Shown here: positions 29,340-40,127 of the stretch, piece after piece
Layout of the letters: each line of letters opens with the position of its first letter
Numbering within the stretch: the stretch's first letter is position 1
Source of the DNA: an uncultured Verrucomicrobiae bacterium
Lineage (GTDB): Bacteria; Verrucomicrobiota; Verrucomicrobiia; Chthoniobacterales; JAFAMB01
DNA: 64,000 nt
Assembly: GCA_963782115.1 (NCBI GenBank)
Contig: CAWAIK010000004.1
Span: 64,001 to 128,000 of the forward strand
Direction of reading: 5' to 3'
The notes under the pieces: generated by a model
The model's input: only the letters and a program-made list of their open reading frames with translations
Told to the model about the DNA's origin: nothing
The model's database searches: none
Translations under genes and position numbers: made by a program

Positions 29340-30738
29340 GAGGTATTGTCAAAAGTTGTGTACGGGAAGTAGACGCATCCTCGGTTGATAACTTCAGGCA
29401 GCTTGTTCTTGTAGTTCCTCTCCGTCGATAAATTGGACGCCGGTGACTACCTTGGGGAGCAGAGCTCTTCCGTTGAGTCGGCGCCATCTGGCTTCCATAC
29501 CGAGTTTGAAAACCATAGTTAAAGTCGCGATCCTTGAGCCGCACCCCTTGGTTCGCTGCGTACGAAGGCGCACGGTAGCGAAGGTTGATTCGATCGGGTT
29601 AGTAGTCCGAAGATGGGACCAATGTTGAGCCGGAAAGTCGTAAAAGCTGAAGAGCCATTCTTTGTCTTTTTCCAGGCACTCGGTTGCTTTTGGGTACTTG
29701 GCTTGGTAACTGGCGATGAACTGATCATAGGCTTCAAGAGCGGCTTTGCGAGTTGGCGACTGATACATTTCGTGGATCAACTCTTTGGCACGCCCCTGAA
29801 CGCTCTTGGGCATTTTATCCAGAATATTGGCCGTTTTATGTACCCAGCAACGTTGTTGTGGTACCGGTCCATATTCTTCCTGAAGCGCGAGCCAAAAACC
29901 CAGTGAGCCATCCCCAATGGCCAGTTTAGGAGCCACTGTTAGCCCGTGGCGCTTGAGCTGCTGGAGCACTTCACGCCAGGATTGAGTGCTTTCCCGGTAA
30001 CCGTCAACGACGGCCAGCAGCTCTTTGGTGCCATCTTCGAGCGCTCCGATCAAAACCAGCACACAGCTACGTTCTGCGTCGAGCCGGACGTTGAAATAAA
30101 TCCCATCAGCCCACCAGTAGACGTAGTTTTTGCCACTCAGGTCGCGCCTGCACCAAGCCTTGTATTCTTCCTCCCATCCGGCTTTCAGCCGCACTACATT
30201 GGTGGCACTTAATCCGCTGGCTCGCTCGCCCAAGATCGCCGTCAACGCGTCCATGAAGTCCCCAGTCGAGATCCCTTTGAGATAGAGCGCGGGAATCAGC
30301 GCGTCGATGCTGGGTACCCGGCGCATGTAAGGTGGCAAAATCGCGCTGCTAAACTTCTGGCCATCTCGATGACGAATCCGCGGCTGTCGAACCTTGATCG
30401 GACCAATTCCACTCACCAGTTCTCTTTCCGGATGGTGACCATTACGTACGATCGCCCGTTGGCCGGCATCGGTGCGCCGGCCTCGATGTTCTTCTAGATA
30501 CTCGGCTACCTCACTCTCGATGGCCTCTTGCAACAACTTCCTGGCTCCTTCTCGCAGCAACTCTTCCAGGTAACTCTTGGCTCCATCTTGGGCTCGCTCT
30601 TCGAGCGAAATCACTTTATTTTCCACTTTAGGTGCATCCTTTCTTTTTGGCGTCTCGAGTGAGTACGCCTTTTTCTTTTGGTTACTGAAAGGATGCGCCT
30701 TTTTTTATCCTGTCATCCACAACTTTCGGTTATAGCTC
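29340..30738 (-). mobile_element. Complete IS256-family element
   Basis: Imperfect IRs GAGGTATTGTCAAAAGTTGTG / GAGCTATAACCGAAAGTTGTG. Perfect 9-bp target duplication TCTTCGAAC at 29331-29339 and 30739-30747. Confidence 0.93.
29394..30626 (-). CDS. IS256-family transposase
   Basis: WADG, IGDG, QRCWVH, LRTTNPIES motifs. Confidence 0.95.
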   Translation of the reverse strand: MENKVISLEERAQDGAKSYLEELLREGARKLLQEAIESEVAEYLEEHRGRRTDAGQRAIVRNGHHPERELVSGIGPIKVRQPRIRHRDGQKFSSAILPPYMRRVPSIDALIPALYLKGISTGDFMDALTAILGERASGLSATNVVRLKAGWEEEYKAWCRRDLSGKNYVYWWADGIYFNVRLDAERSCVLVLIGALEDGTKELLAVVDGYRESTQSWREVLQQLKRHGLTVAPKLAIGDGSLGFWLALQEEYGPVPQQRCWVHKTANILDKMPKSVQGRAKELIHEMYQSPTRKAALEAYDQFIASYQAKYPKATECLEKDKEWLFSFYDFPAQHWSHLRTTNPIESTFATVRLRTQRTKGCGSRIATLTMVFKLGMEARWRRLNGRALLPKVVTGVQFIDGEELQEQAA

Positions 30739-30882
30739 TCTTCGAACTGCTGGTTTATCTAAGGTGTTCTAGGCTGTTCCCCACTTCCGCGCGAACTTCT
30801 CCGCAGCCCGATAAAGGCCACCAGACGAATTCCGGTTTTTCCGCACAAGGGACAACACATTCCGCTACAGGCTGGATCTGCT

Positions 30883-30963
30883 CCCCTGCTCACTCCCGAT
30901 GAAGCCATGCGCATGAAAGGCGCGCGCAAGAATGCTCAAGGGATGATCACCGAACCCGGTAAC
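30883..30963 (+). pseudogene. traG: TraG/VirD4 C-terminal sliver
   Basis: PLLTPDEAMRMKGARKNAQGMITEPG. Confidence 0.6.
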
Positions 30964-30964
30964 A

Positions 30965-31620
30965 GTAAATCGTCAGATAGGAGAGCGCGGTAGATAGCAC
31001 GCTGCCAGCTTCTTCTGGCGGACGGTTAAGCTGATCGCGCACGGCGCTGGCAACGAGGGGATGGGTTTCGCCGCTATCGTGCAGGTAACAGAGCATTTCG
31101 GTCCAGACATCAGAAGCTTTTTTCTCGGGGTCGGATAGGAGCCGGTCGACCGCTGGGAGCGTGGCTGGAGTTTGCTCGCGCCTGGCCCGATAGAGCGCGT
31201 GTGCGATAGCCCCAGTAAGCAGCGAGCACGCGGTCTTTTGCCAGTGCGTCTGCAGGCCCCTTCCATCCGGGTCAACGATCAGGTTCGCGAGGTTTTGAAT
31301 ATCGCCAGTTTCATGCTCACTGCCCACGCGGATTTCATCAAGTGGATTGAACGCGACTGAGTGCTGCGAACTGGCCGGCTCGAATCGTAAGATGCGGTTG
31401 TTGCCCTCGGCTTGCCGCCATCCGGCCGTCAGCTCGTAAATCTCGCGCTTCAGGTCGGTGACAACGGCCGAGTGCGGCCAGGTCAACATGGTCGGCACAA
31501 CCAATCCTACGCCTTTACCGCTGCGCGGCGGAGCGTAGCACATGACATGCTCTGGACCGTTGTGACGCAAGGTGTAAATTCCGTTCTTCCATTCGCCAAC
31601 GTAGACACCATCACCACTGT
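30965..31620 (-). pseudogene. traG: TraG/VirD4 coupling protein fragment (Walker A region)
   Basis: LRHNGPEHVMCYAPPRSGKGVGLVVP...DLKRE...FNPLDEIR. Confidence 0.88.
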
Positions 31621-31758
31621 GAGAGCAACCTGCGCTGGCGTTTCAACCCGCGCCTTTGGGGAGAAGGTCATGCCTGCTCCTCGGATGGGAAGAGATTCCC
31701 CAGTTGGAGTCAAAATCTCATGAGCGAGTGGCGTTCCCGCTACCATGGTGACGGTGTG

Positions 31759-32163
31759 CTAGTCTAGTCTATTGGCACGTCGAAACCCAATTACCGGCAT
31801 ACGGGGATGGATCTGCGCGACGAGCTCATTAGGCTCGCCTGTGATAATCGTGCAAGTGCGCACCCACTCCCCAGATTCGGGATCTTTCCAGTTTTCCCAG
31901 AGTCCGGCAAAGGTGAACGGGCGTCCGTCTTTCATGGCGATCGCGAACGGCAGCTTCGGTTTAGCCGTTTTGCGCCATTCGTAGAATCCGTCCGCTGGAA
32001 TCAAGCAGCGCCGTTTCTTGAAAGCTTGCCGATACGAGGGCGCTTTATCGACTGTCTCAGCTAGCGCATTGAGGGTCTGGTAAGCGATCTTTGGATCCTT
32101 CGCCCAATATGGAATCAATCCCCATTGCAACGCATCGAGCGACCGTGCCTGAGCCTCGGGATT
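31759..32163 (-). pseudogene. SOS response-associated peptidase (SRAP) central fragment
   Basis: WGLIPYWAKD, RRCLIPADGFYEW, FAGLWE, HPRMPVI. Confidence 0.88.
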
Positions 32164-32221
32164 GACATTTCCCGATTTGCCAGCCCGTGAGATGAGGGCA
32201 CCGGCGCAGTGAACCAGAGAT

Positions 32222-32290
32222 GGTCAAAAAACAAAACGATTCCAGGCCGATGACGAGCTGCTTCGGTTCCTGAGCTCGCTCTAATAATGC
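32222..32290 (+). repeat. 69-bp orphan copy of the RIT element's last gene end
   Basis: Reverse complement of 56833-56901 with one mismatch. Confidence 0.9.
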
Positions 32291-32291
32291 T

Positions 32292-32666
32292 GCTTGCGCA
32301 TGACGGGTAGGACGGCGCGGGTGACGTTCATCGGGCCGATGAGCCCCGTCGCAAGCTGCCGCTCGATCTGCTCCGGCGTCAACTCCTCGAAGTAGCCTCC
32401 ATAAAAGTTGGCGCGTTATTGACGAGCACGTCGATGCGGCCGAACCGATCAACCGCCGCCTTGACGGCGGCCTCGGCGTCGGCGCAGCTGGTGACGTCGA
32501 GCTTGACGACCAGCAGGTCCTCCGCCTGGCCGACGGCCTTTGCCACCGCGTCAGGGTTGCGGCCGGTGGCGACAACCGCGTGGCCGGCGGCCAGGGCGGC
32601 CTTGGCAAAATCGGTACCCATGCCACGGCTGGCACCCGTAATGAACCAAACTTTTTTATCCATCAT
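32292..32666 (-). pseudogene. SDR oxidoreductase, frameshifted and truncated
   Basis: KVWFITGASRGMG...DVLVNNA, then broken. Confidence 0.85.
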
Positions 32667-32742
32667 CGTAACTCCTTCTTTCCATTCTTCATCTTCACAG
32701 GGGGTTGTTGCCTCGCCTCATCCGGGTGCTGTTGCGCTTTTC

Positions 32743-33531
32743 TCAGTGATCGAGCTTAGCCCCTGAACTCACCGTCTGCCCCCCGTCGACGACCAGGGCG
32801 TGCCCGACCACGTAGCTCGCCCCAGGGCTGCACAGCCAAAGCACCGCCGACGCGATCTCCTCGGGCCGGCCGATTCGGCCGATGGGCGCGGATTTTGACA
32901 GCGCCTCGAACTTCTTCTCGTCCCCTTCGACAACCGCGCGGGCGATCGCCGTGTCGATCGTGCCCGGGCAGAGTGCGTTGACGCGGATGCCTTTGGCGGC
33001 GTATTCGAGGGCCGCCGTCCGCGTCAGGCCGATGACCCCGTGCTTCGAGGCGATGTAGGCCGGGATGCCCGGGTCGCCCCTGAGGCCCCCGACCGAGGAG
33101 CAGTTGACGATCGCGCCGCTGCCCTGGCGCGCCATCTGGCGCAGTTCGTGCTTCATGCAGCTCCACACGCCGCGCAAGTTGATCCCGATCACGCGCTCGA
33201 ACTCCTCCGGGGTGCTGTCGGCGGTCGGGGCGATGCGGGCCATGACCCCCGCATTATTGAACGCGGCGTCGAGTCGGCCGAACTCGGCAACGGTGCGGTC
33301 CACCATCGCTGCCACTTGGGCGTCGTCACTCACGTCGCACCGGACAGCGATGGCCTTGTGACCGGCGTCGACCAGTTTCTGCGCGGCCGTCTTCACCGCC
33401 TCCTCTTTGACGTCGGCGAGCGCCACAGAGGCCCCAGCCTCCGCAAACGCCTGGGCGGTCGCCAGCCCCATGCCGGAGCTGGCCCCGGTGACGAGCGCAA
33501 CTTGGTCGTTAAAGTTAGGGTAGTGGTTCAT
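32743..33531 (-). CDS. Classical SDR oxidoreductase
   Basis: TGASSGMG, NNAG, YIASKHG, VDGG. Confidence 0.95.
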   Translation of the reverse strand: MNHYPNFNDQVALVTGASSGMGLATAQAFAEAGASVALADVKEEAVKTAAQKLVDAGHKAIAVRCDVSDDAQVAAMVDRTVAEFGRLDAAFNNAGVMARIAPTADSTPEEFERVIGINLRGVWSCMKHELRQMARQGSGAIVNCSSVGGLRGDPGIPAYIASKHGVIGLTRTAALEYAAKGIRVNALCPGTIDTAIARAVVEGDEKKFEALSKSAPIGRIGRPEEIASAVLWLCSPGASYVVGHALVVDGGQTVSSGAKLDH

Positions 33532-33573
33532 CTTCGGTGTGTGGTTCGAGGCACTCTTTCATGGCCTCCAAAA

Positions 33574-33740
33574 ATCTTGCACCCGAGAGGGAGGGTTTGC
33601 ATCAGCCGAACCCGCCAAAATCCCTGCAAAACGCGCCAATCGGAACGCCCGAGTGGCGCGTTTTTGTTCGGGGCGGCATCTAGGCCTCCCGTTCCGGGTT
33701 AGAGCCCGCCATCCGGCTGCAATCGGAGAGAATTTCTCTG
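33574..33740 (-). repeat. 167-bp upstream/promoter segment duplicated at 43389-43555
   Basis: Near-identical blocks in the same orientation, each directly upstream of a dehydrogenase gene. Confidence 0.88.
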
Positions 33741-34039
33741 TCGTTTGCATTTAAATCGCAGAGCGGCGCATTCGGAGGTGGTTTTTGCACCCAAATCGTA
33801 GAGCAGGCCGCCGCTTTTGCAGCGAAGTCGTGGAGCAAATGCAGGTCGGCTTTCTCCCTTCCAAAGCGCCAATTTTGGCAGCGCACTCCATTCAAGCCCA
33901 GTACCCCCGGGTCAGGGATGCCGCCACGGTGGGTGTGGTGCCTACGACGACGCCGGACGCTGCGTGGCTATCGCGCGGGTGGTTCGTGCAAAGGAACGCG
34001 GCGACGTTTGTTCCCGCCGCAGGGCGGGCCTAACCCGCC

Positions 34040-34297
34040 GGCAGTAGGCATGATCACCAGGTCGCCGGCTTTGAGCGTGCGAACGTCGGGCCCGACGGCT
34101 TCGACGAGGCCGATGGCCTCGTGGCCCATGCGGCCGCCCGGCGTCGCTGCGTTCCATTTTGTTGTAGGGCCAGAGGTCGCTGCTGCACATGCAGGCGCGA
34201 GTGGCGGTAACCAGCGCGTCCGTCGGATGGATAAGTTGCGCGTCGGGGACGTTTTCGATCCTGGCGTCGCCGGCGCCAAACTGATGGTTGCGTGCAT
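34040..34297 (-). pseudogene. Zn-dependent alcohol dehydrogenase N-terminal fragment
   Basis: CSSDLWPY, MGHEAIGLVEAVG across frameshifts. Confidence 0.8.
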
Positions 34298-34504
34298 GGC
34301 AATTTACCTCCTGTTAACAGCGGGCTCGGTCTCACTAATCGCTTGTGGCATAGAAGACATTGGGCTCAGCCAGAGCCTCAACCACCTTGCGGCCCCTGTC
34401 GGATTCTTGCGCAAAAAATGTGCGCCCGCTTCCTTTGCAGGTTCTGCCAAAAAGGTTGCTACTCGCAGAGCCGTTCGAACTGAACGGCGTATCTTGCAGC
34501 GCCT

Positions 34505-34605
34505 TTAACGCCATGTCGATGAGGAACCGATACCGGACGTCTTTGTTCACAACCCGCTCGTAAGCCCGATTGATGTCTGCGGGGATCAACTGGAGTTTTT
34601 CCATA
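34505..34605 (-). pseudogene. CAD-like alcohol dehydrogenase C-terminal sliver
   Basis: INRAYERVVNKDVRYRFLIDM. Confidence 0.7.
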
Positions 34606-34704
34606 ACCAAGACCCTGATCCTCGGCACCAACGGTCAAAAAAACCAGAACCCCGCTGACCGGAATATCCGAAGAGCGAGGTTCGCCTGATATCACTAATG
34701 AAGT

Positions 34705-37428
34705 CTACGGATTGGAGGTTAGCTCGCTTTTTAGCTTAAACTGGCCGTTCAAACGAATGTCCTCAGACGAAGCCCCAACCAGGATGTTGTATGTGTCTGC
34801 CAGGGCGTCCCATTGTTCTGTAGCCGTGTTGAAATAAGCGAAAGAGCGCTGGTCAAGCTCAAGGGTTATTCTTCTGGACTCGCCAGGCTGCAGAAACACT
34901 TTCTTGAACCCTTTCAACTCCTTAATCGGCCGGAGAACAGGCGGATTTTTTTCGCCTACGTAGAGTTCAGCGATTTCAGCTCCGGCGCGATCGCCCGTAT
35001 TAGTTACCGTAAAGCTTACTCTTACGAGATCACGGCCATCATTGTCGTGTTCCTTAAACCCGGGTTTCTCGATATCTTTGTTGGCAGGTTCGATATCGAG
35101 ATCTGAGTAATCAAATGTCGTGTAGGACAGCCCGTAGCCGAAGGGGTACTGCGGCTCGATGCCGTTCTTGTCAAAGCCGCGGTAGCCCGTGTAGATGCCT
35201 TCCCGGTACACCGCGGTGTTGCCGGTGGGATCCACTGACAAATCGGCCGGGTAATTGGGGTAGGCGGGGTTATCCTGGAACCGTTTCTCGAAGGTAAAGG
35301 GCAATTTGCCCGAGGGGTTGACCTCGCCGAAAAGGATTTCGGCCAGCGCCAAGCCGCCGTCCTGGCCCGGGAAGATGGCGTGCACCAGGCCGGGGACCTG
35401 GGCGATCCACTTTTGGACGTCCATGCTGCCGCCCCCGTGCAGGTACACCACCGTGTGCGGGTTGGCTGCGGCAATGTTCTGGATGAGGTCGTCCTGGTAC
35501 TCCGGCATCTCGAACGAACCGGGTCGGTCGACCTGCACCGCGGCCCGGTCGGCGCCCTCGCCCTCGTAATTTTGGTCAAAGCCGGCCGCGATGACCACCG
35601 CGTCGTAGGTGCCCAGGTTGGGCGGCGGTTCCAGCGAGGCCCAGCCCAAGCCCACCCCGCTTGCGCCGCTGAAATACGCGGCCGGGGCTTTGACCTCGAG
35701 CGCTACCGCGAGGGGTTGACCCGCCTCCAGGTGCACTTTTTGCGTCACGATGTACGGGAAGGCGACCAAATCCACCAGCTCGGAGGACCCCGTTTGATCC
35801 CAGTTGCTGAAGATTTGCTGGCCGCCCAGGTAAAAGCGGGCGTTGGTGCCGGCTTGAAACTTAATGACGTAGTTCCCTGTGGTGGGCGGCACGATCTGGC
35901 CGCTCCAGCGGGCGCTGGAGGGGCCCGTGCCCACCTCCGGCGGCGCATCGGCCGGGTAATTCAGCGACAAGTGAGTTTCCTGGCGGGTTACCACCGGGGT
36001 GCCCGACAAGGCTTGGTTGGTGAAGTATTCGGCTTCCAAGCCCGGCTGGCTTTGGCCGCTCGCATCCCTGGAGACAAACTCGGCCACCTGGAAGTCGAGG
36101 TTGCCTTGGCGCAGGTAGTCGATCCTGGTGCCCCGGCCCACCAGTTGGAGGCCTGCGAGCTCGCTGGTCGAATGGACGGCCGCCACCGCCCCGCTCCCGG
36201 CTTCATACGGGGGCTCGGCACCGGCCAAGCGGCCAATGACGGCGATGGAATGGCCCCGGCCGCGCCGGAAAGGCAACACCCCGCCGTCGTTTTTAAGCAG
36301 CATGATGCCCTCGCGCGCGGTGTTGAGCGCCGCCTCGGTGCTAAAGGGATCGTCCAAGGGGATGGAGGGGTCGAATTGCGAACGCTCCTGGAAATGGTAT
36401 TCGACGATGATGCGCAGGATGCGGCGCACCGCGTCATCCACCACCGCCAACGGGATTTGGCCGGCCTGCACCGCCCGCAGCAAGGCCGTCGTATCCGGGC
36501 GCGTCGGGTAGTAATACAGGACGTCCTGGCCCGCGTTGATGCCGGTCACCTGAGCTTCCAGGGTAGACCAGTTGCCGGCCGTGCCGTAGTCGGACACGGT
36601 GATGTCCTTAAAGCCCCATTCGCCCTCCAGCACCGTCCGCATCAGGAAGGCGCTTTGGGCGCAGAAGACGCCGTTGAGCCGGTTGTAGGCGAGCATGACC
36701 GAACCGACGTGGCCTTTTTGGACGGCCGCCTGAAAAGGAGGAAAGTTAATTTCGCGCAGCGTCCGCTCGTCGACGACGGTGTTGACGGTGTAACGCTTGT
36801 ACTCCTGGTCGTTGGCCACGAAGTGTTTGGCGGTGGCCACCACGCCTTGAGATTGCGCCCCGCGGATCTGGGCCACCGCCAGGCGGCTGCCCAGCAAAGG
36901 GTCTTCGCCGCAGAGGTATTCGGAGTTGCGCCCGCCGACGGGCACCCGGTACATGTCGGCGCCGGGGCCGTACCAGATGTGGAAGCCGCGGGCGCGGGCG
37001 TTGCGGCCGATGCCGATGCCTTCATCGGTGGAGCGCTCCAGATCCCAGCTGGCGGCCAAGAGCAGGTTGGCCGGGTAGCGGGTGCTGGTGCCCCCAATGG
37101 CGCGCACGCCCATGGGGCCGTCGGTGTTGCGCAGTTCGGGCAAGCCCAGGCGCGGCACCGGCGGGATGTCCTCGTTGGTGGAATTGGGCAGCGTTGGATC
37201 GGCAGGCGGCGCGCCGACCAAATAGTTGACCTTTTCTGCCAGCGTCAATTGATTCAGCAGGGTTTCAACTTGGGCTTCGATGCGGCGTGAGTCCTGGGAG
37301 GGGGCCGGCGTGGCCGTGCCGGGTTGCTGGGCCGCGGTCAGGGCAACCGTACCAGCAAACAGCCCGCTCAAGAAAGCGAGCTTAAGCCTGAGGAGGCGAA
37401 GGAATTTCCGATTTCGTGGGGGTTTCAT
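34705..37428 (-). CDS. Secreted GH3 beta-glucosidase with PA14 and Fn3-like domains
   Basis: DGPMG, GRNSEY..ED, KHFVAN, SDY nucleophile, PA14 (SARWSGQI), PSGKLPFT, FGYGLSYT. Signal peptide after MKPPRNRK. Confidence 0.92.
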   Translation of the reverse strand: MKPPRNRKFLRLLRLKLAFLSGLFAGTVALTAAQQPGTATPAPSQDSRRIEAQVETLLNQLTLAEKVNYLVGAPPADPTLPNSTNEDIPPVPRLGLPELRNTDGPMGVRAIGGTSTRYPANLLLAASWDLERSTDEGIGIGRNARARGFHIWYGPGADMYRVPVGGRNSEYLCGEDPLLGSRLAVAQIRGAQSQGVVATAKHFVANDQEYKRYTVNTVVDERTLREINFPPFQAAVQKGHVGSVMLAYNRLNGVFCAQSAFLMRTVLEGEWGFKDITVSDYGTAGNWSTLEAQVTGINAGQDVLYYYPTRPDTTALLRAVQAGQIPLAVVDDAVRRILRIIVEYHFQERSQFDPSIPLDDPFSTEAALNTAREGIMLLKNDGGVLPFRRGRGHSIAVIGRLAGAEPPYEAGSGAVAAVHSTSELAGLQLVGRGTRIDYLRQGNLDFQVAEFVSRDASGQSQPGLEAEYFTNQALSGTPVVTRQETHLSLNYPADAPPEVGTGPSSARWSGQIVPPTTGNYVIKFQAGTNARFYLGGQQIFSNWDQTGSSELVDLVAFPYIVTQKVHLEAGQPLAVALEVKAPAAYFSGASGVGLGWASLEPPPNLGTYDAVVIAAGFDQNYEGEGADRAAVQVDRPGSFEMPEYQDDLIQNIAAANPHTVVYLHGGGSMDVQKWIAQVPGLVHAIFPGQDGGLALAEILFGEVNPSGKLPFTFEKRFQDNPAYPNYPADLSVDPTGNTAVYREGIYTGYRGFDKNGIEPQYPFGYGLSYTTFDYSDLDIEPANKDIEKPGFKEHDNDGRDLVRVSFTVTNTGDRAGAEIAELYVGEKNPPVLRPIKELKGFKKVFLQPGESRRITLELDQRSFAYFNTATEQWDALADTYNILVGASSEDIRLNGQFKLKSELTSNP

Positions 37429-37556
37429 GGCGGAGTTAAGTAATTTAAGGATCACGGGCAAGGCCCGACGGCTGCTGGCAGGGGCTGGCGTTAGCCAAGC
37501 GCCACCCGCACGGCCAAGCCGTACAGGCCGCAACCGGTCAAAGGATGGCGCTTGCG

Positions 37557-38507
37557 CTACCGGATCTGCCAAAAGCTCGGCCCAGCATCGCTCAGCGTTC
37601 GCGCGCCGTCTTGAACGTCCGTGCGCGCCGTGCTTGTCTGTTTGTGCGCGCTTTGGAACCGGCCGGGGCCCACCCCGTAGGCGCGCCGGAAATGCCGCGT
37701 CAAATGCGCCTGGTCGGCAAAGCCGCATTCCAGGGCCACCTCGGCAATCGAGCGCCCTTGGCCGACGGCCAGCAGTTCGCGGGCGTGCCGCAACCGGCAG
37801 CCCACCAGGTACCGGTGAGGGCTCACCCCCACCACCCGATGAAACAGCCGGCTGAAATGGAAGGCGCTCAAGCCCGCCGTGGCCGCTAACTGCTCCCGGC
37901 TGAGCCCGCAGCCGAAGTTGGCCTCCATTAAGGCAACGGCTTGCTGGATGCCCCAGAGCTGCGCCCCCGCGTCGCCCGCGTCCGGCAGCCGCGGGTCGCT
38001 TTGCGACGCCACGGCCAGCAGCAGCGCCGCGGCGAGGTGCTCAAAGTAAGCCCGCCCGCCGAGGCCGCCCCGCTCGGTTTCCTCCAGGAGCAACCGGCAG
38101 AGCCAATCCACCCGGTGGTTGATCACAAAACGCGGCGGGGGCATCGTCCGGAACCGGGCGGCATCCAAGCCGGCCCGGCGCAAGGTGTCCTCAAAGAAGC
38201 GCGGGTGGACCTCAAAGGTGCCCATCCGGCCGGCGGCCCCCTGCCAGCGGATGACGTACGGTTCGCCCGGGGGGATGATCGAGGAAATGCGGCCCATGGT
38301 CAGCGTGAAGCCAGCCTCCTCAAAGCAGAGGCTCGTGTGGCCTTTTTCCCGCACCGGCCGGCAGGCCAGCATAAAGCAGGCTCCTCCGCGCCGGCCGGAG
38401 CCCGCTTCGCCCTGGTCAGGCAACTCGCGCACCAACACGCGGAAGCCCTCAAAGCCGATGCGGTCGCTCGTGAAGCGGATGCTCTCGGGATGGAACTCGC
38501 TGCGCAT
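37557..38507 (-). CDS. AraC-family regulator
   Basis: LAATAGLSAFHFSRLF...IAEVALECGFADQAHLTRHF. Confidence 0.9.
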   Translation of the reverse strand: MRSEFHPESIRFTSDRIGFEGFRVLVRELPDQGEAGSGRRGGACFMLACRPVREKGHTSLCFEEAGFTLTMGRISSIIPPGEPYVIRWQGAAGRMGTFEVHPRFFEDTLRRAGLDAARFRTMPPPRFVINHRVDWLCRLLLEETERGGLGGRAYFEHLAAALLLAVASQSDPRLPDAGDAGAQLWGIQQAVALMEANFGCGLSREQLAATAGLSAFHFSRLFHRVVGVSPHRYLVGCRLRHARELLAVGQGRSIAEVALECGFADQAHLTRHFRRAYGVGPGRFQSAHKQTSTARTDVQDGARTLSDAGPSFWQIR

Positions 38508-38667
38508 GGGAGGGGACCTACGGCTCCAGGGGCAGCTCGAACTGGCGGCGCGCTGTACTGCCACGCGAGGCGGCAACACCGGCAGCGCCAGCGCCGTTTA
38601 CGAGGGAACCAAATGTGCTTTAGGTTCCGTTTCGTGCGCGGACCCCTCCAGGCGGCGCAGTAGATAA

Positions 38668-39973
38668 GGGCTTGTAAGAAAATAAGTATTACAAGTTAGG
38701 GTTTAGTGGTAGAATGAGGGTAATGGAAGACTTTGATGCTGTCAGGCAACGCTTCTCGAGAATTTCCGGCGCTCTCAACGAACGGCTGCGGCGATTGTTC
38801 GCCGCGACCGAGGCTGAAGTTCTTGGCTATGGCGGCGTTTCCTTGGTGGCTCGCGCGACAGGAGTATCGCGACGCGCTATCACGGAAGGATTGGCGGAAC
38901 TGAGCAGTGGAGTGAGTTACGTCCCGGAGAAGACGCCGGAGTGGATTCGCCGTCCGGGTGGAGGGCGTAAAAAGGCAGTGGTGCTCGATACCACTTTGCA
39001 AAGTGATTTGGAAAGCCTCATCGAACCGCTCACTCGTGGGGATCCACAGTCCCCGCTACGGTGGACTTGTCAAAGCTTGCGCCAGCTCGCCACGCAACTA
39101 ACCGCGCTCGGGCATCCGGTCAGCCACACCTTGGTGGGCGAACTACTGCGCAAGATGGGTTACAGTCTTCAAGCCAACCAGAAGACCAAGGAAGGTGCCA
39201 CACACCCGGACCGCAATGCTCAGTTCAAGTTCATCAATGCGCGCACCAAAAAGGAATTGGCGGCCGGCAATCCAGTCATCTCGGTGGACACCAAGAAGAA
39301 GGAGTTGGTGGGCGATTTTAAGAACCACGGACGCACTTATCGAGCCAAAGGCAACCCCGAGAAGGTCCGCGTGCATGACTTCAGCATCCCTGAACTGGGG
39401 CGTGCAAACCCCTATGGAGTTTATGATCTGGCCCACAACATGGGCTGGGTGAGCGTCGGCACAGACCATGACACGGCTGCCTTTGCCGTGGAAACGATCC
39501 GGCGTTGGTGGAAATCGATGGGAGCGACGCTTTATCCCAAGGCACAGTGCTTGCAAATCATGGCCGATGGGGGCGGCAGCAATGGTTCGCGGGTGCGGTT
39601 ATGGAAAGTTGAACTTCAGAAACTGGCCGAGGAACTGGGCTTCCCCATCCAAGTTTGCCACCTACCACCGGCGACTAGCAAATGGAACAAGATCGAGCAC
39701 CGGTTGTTTTCCTTTATTAGCATGAACTGGAGTGGAAAGCCCTTGGTCAGCCATGAAGTGATTGTCAACCTGATCAAAGCGACCAAGACGGCGCAAGGTT
39801 TGCGAGTGGAAGCCGAAATTGATCACACCATCTATCCCGCCGGACAGAAAGTGAGCGACGAGCAGATGGCTCAGATCAACCTCACCATGGAGAGCTTTCA
39901 CGGTGAATGGAACTACACCATCGCACCCCTCCAACAACAACTCAAGTTGTAACATTTATTTATTTACAGATCC
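38668..39973 (+). mobile_element. Complete ISAzo13-family element
   Basis: Imperfect IRs GGGCTTGTAAGAAAATAAGTATTACAA / GGATCTGTAAATAAATAAATGTTACAA. TAA on both flanks (38665-38667, 39974-39976). Confidence 0.85.
38714..39952 (+). CDS. ISAzo13-family transposase
   Basis: ISVDTKKKE, ADGGGSNG, SKWNKIEHRLF, FHGEWNY. Confidence 0.95.
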   Translation: MRVMEDFDAVRQRFSRISGALNERLRRLFAATEAEVLGYGGVSLVARATGVSRRAITEGLAELSSGVSYVPEKTPEWIRRPGGGRKKAVVLDTTLQSDLESLIEPLTRGDPQSPLRWTCQSLRQLATQLTALGHPVSHTLVGELLRKMGYSLQANQKTKEGATHPDRNAQFKFINARTKKELAAGNPVISVDTKKKELVGDFKNHGRTYRAKGNPEKVRVHDFSIPELGRANPYGVYDLAHNMGWVSVGTDHDTAAFAVETIRRWWKSMGATLYPKAQCLQIMADGGGSNGSRVRLWKVELQKLAEELGFPIQVCHLPPATSKWNKIEHRLFSFISMNWSGKPLVSHEVIVNLIKATKTAQGLRVEAEIDHTIYPAGQKVSDEQMAQINLTMESFHGEWNYTIAPLQQQLKL

Positions 39974-40127
39974 TAAGTGGTGGGCATTGGCATGCGGCCA
40001 GCCGGCGCTGGTGCTACCACACTTGGCTCGCGGCTGGCGGCGATCTGTGAAGCACCGGCAAGCCCCAGGGCAATGCCTGCTGATACCAGCGCCATCATCA
40101 GGTCAATGGATGCCACACGCTCGGCGA

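Noticed and set aside
35380..37290. 636-aa + strand ORF, and similar long antisense ORFs at 33040, 41335 and 42320
   Set aside because: Shadow ORFs opposite GC-rich genes with clear motifs.
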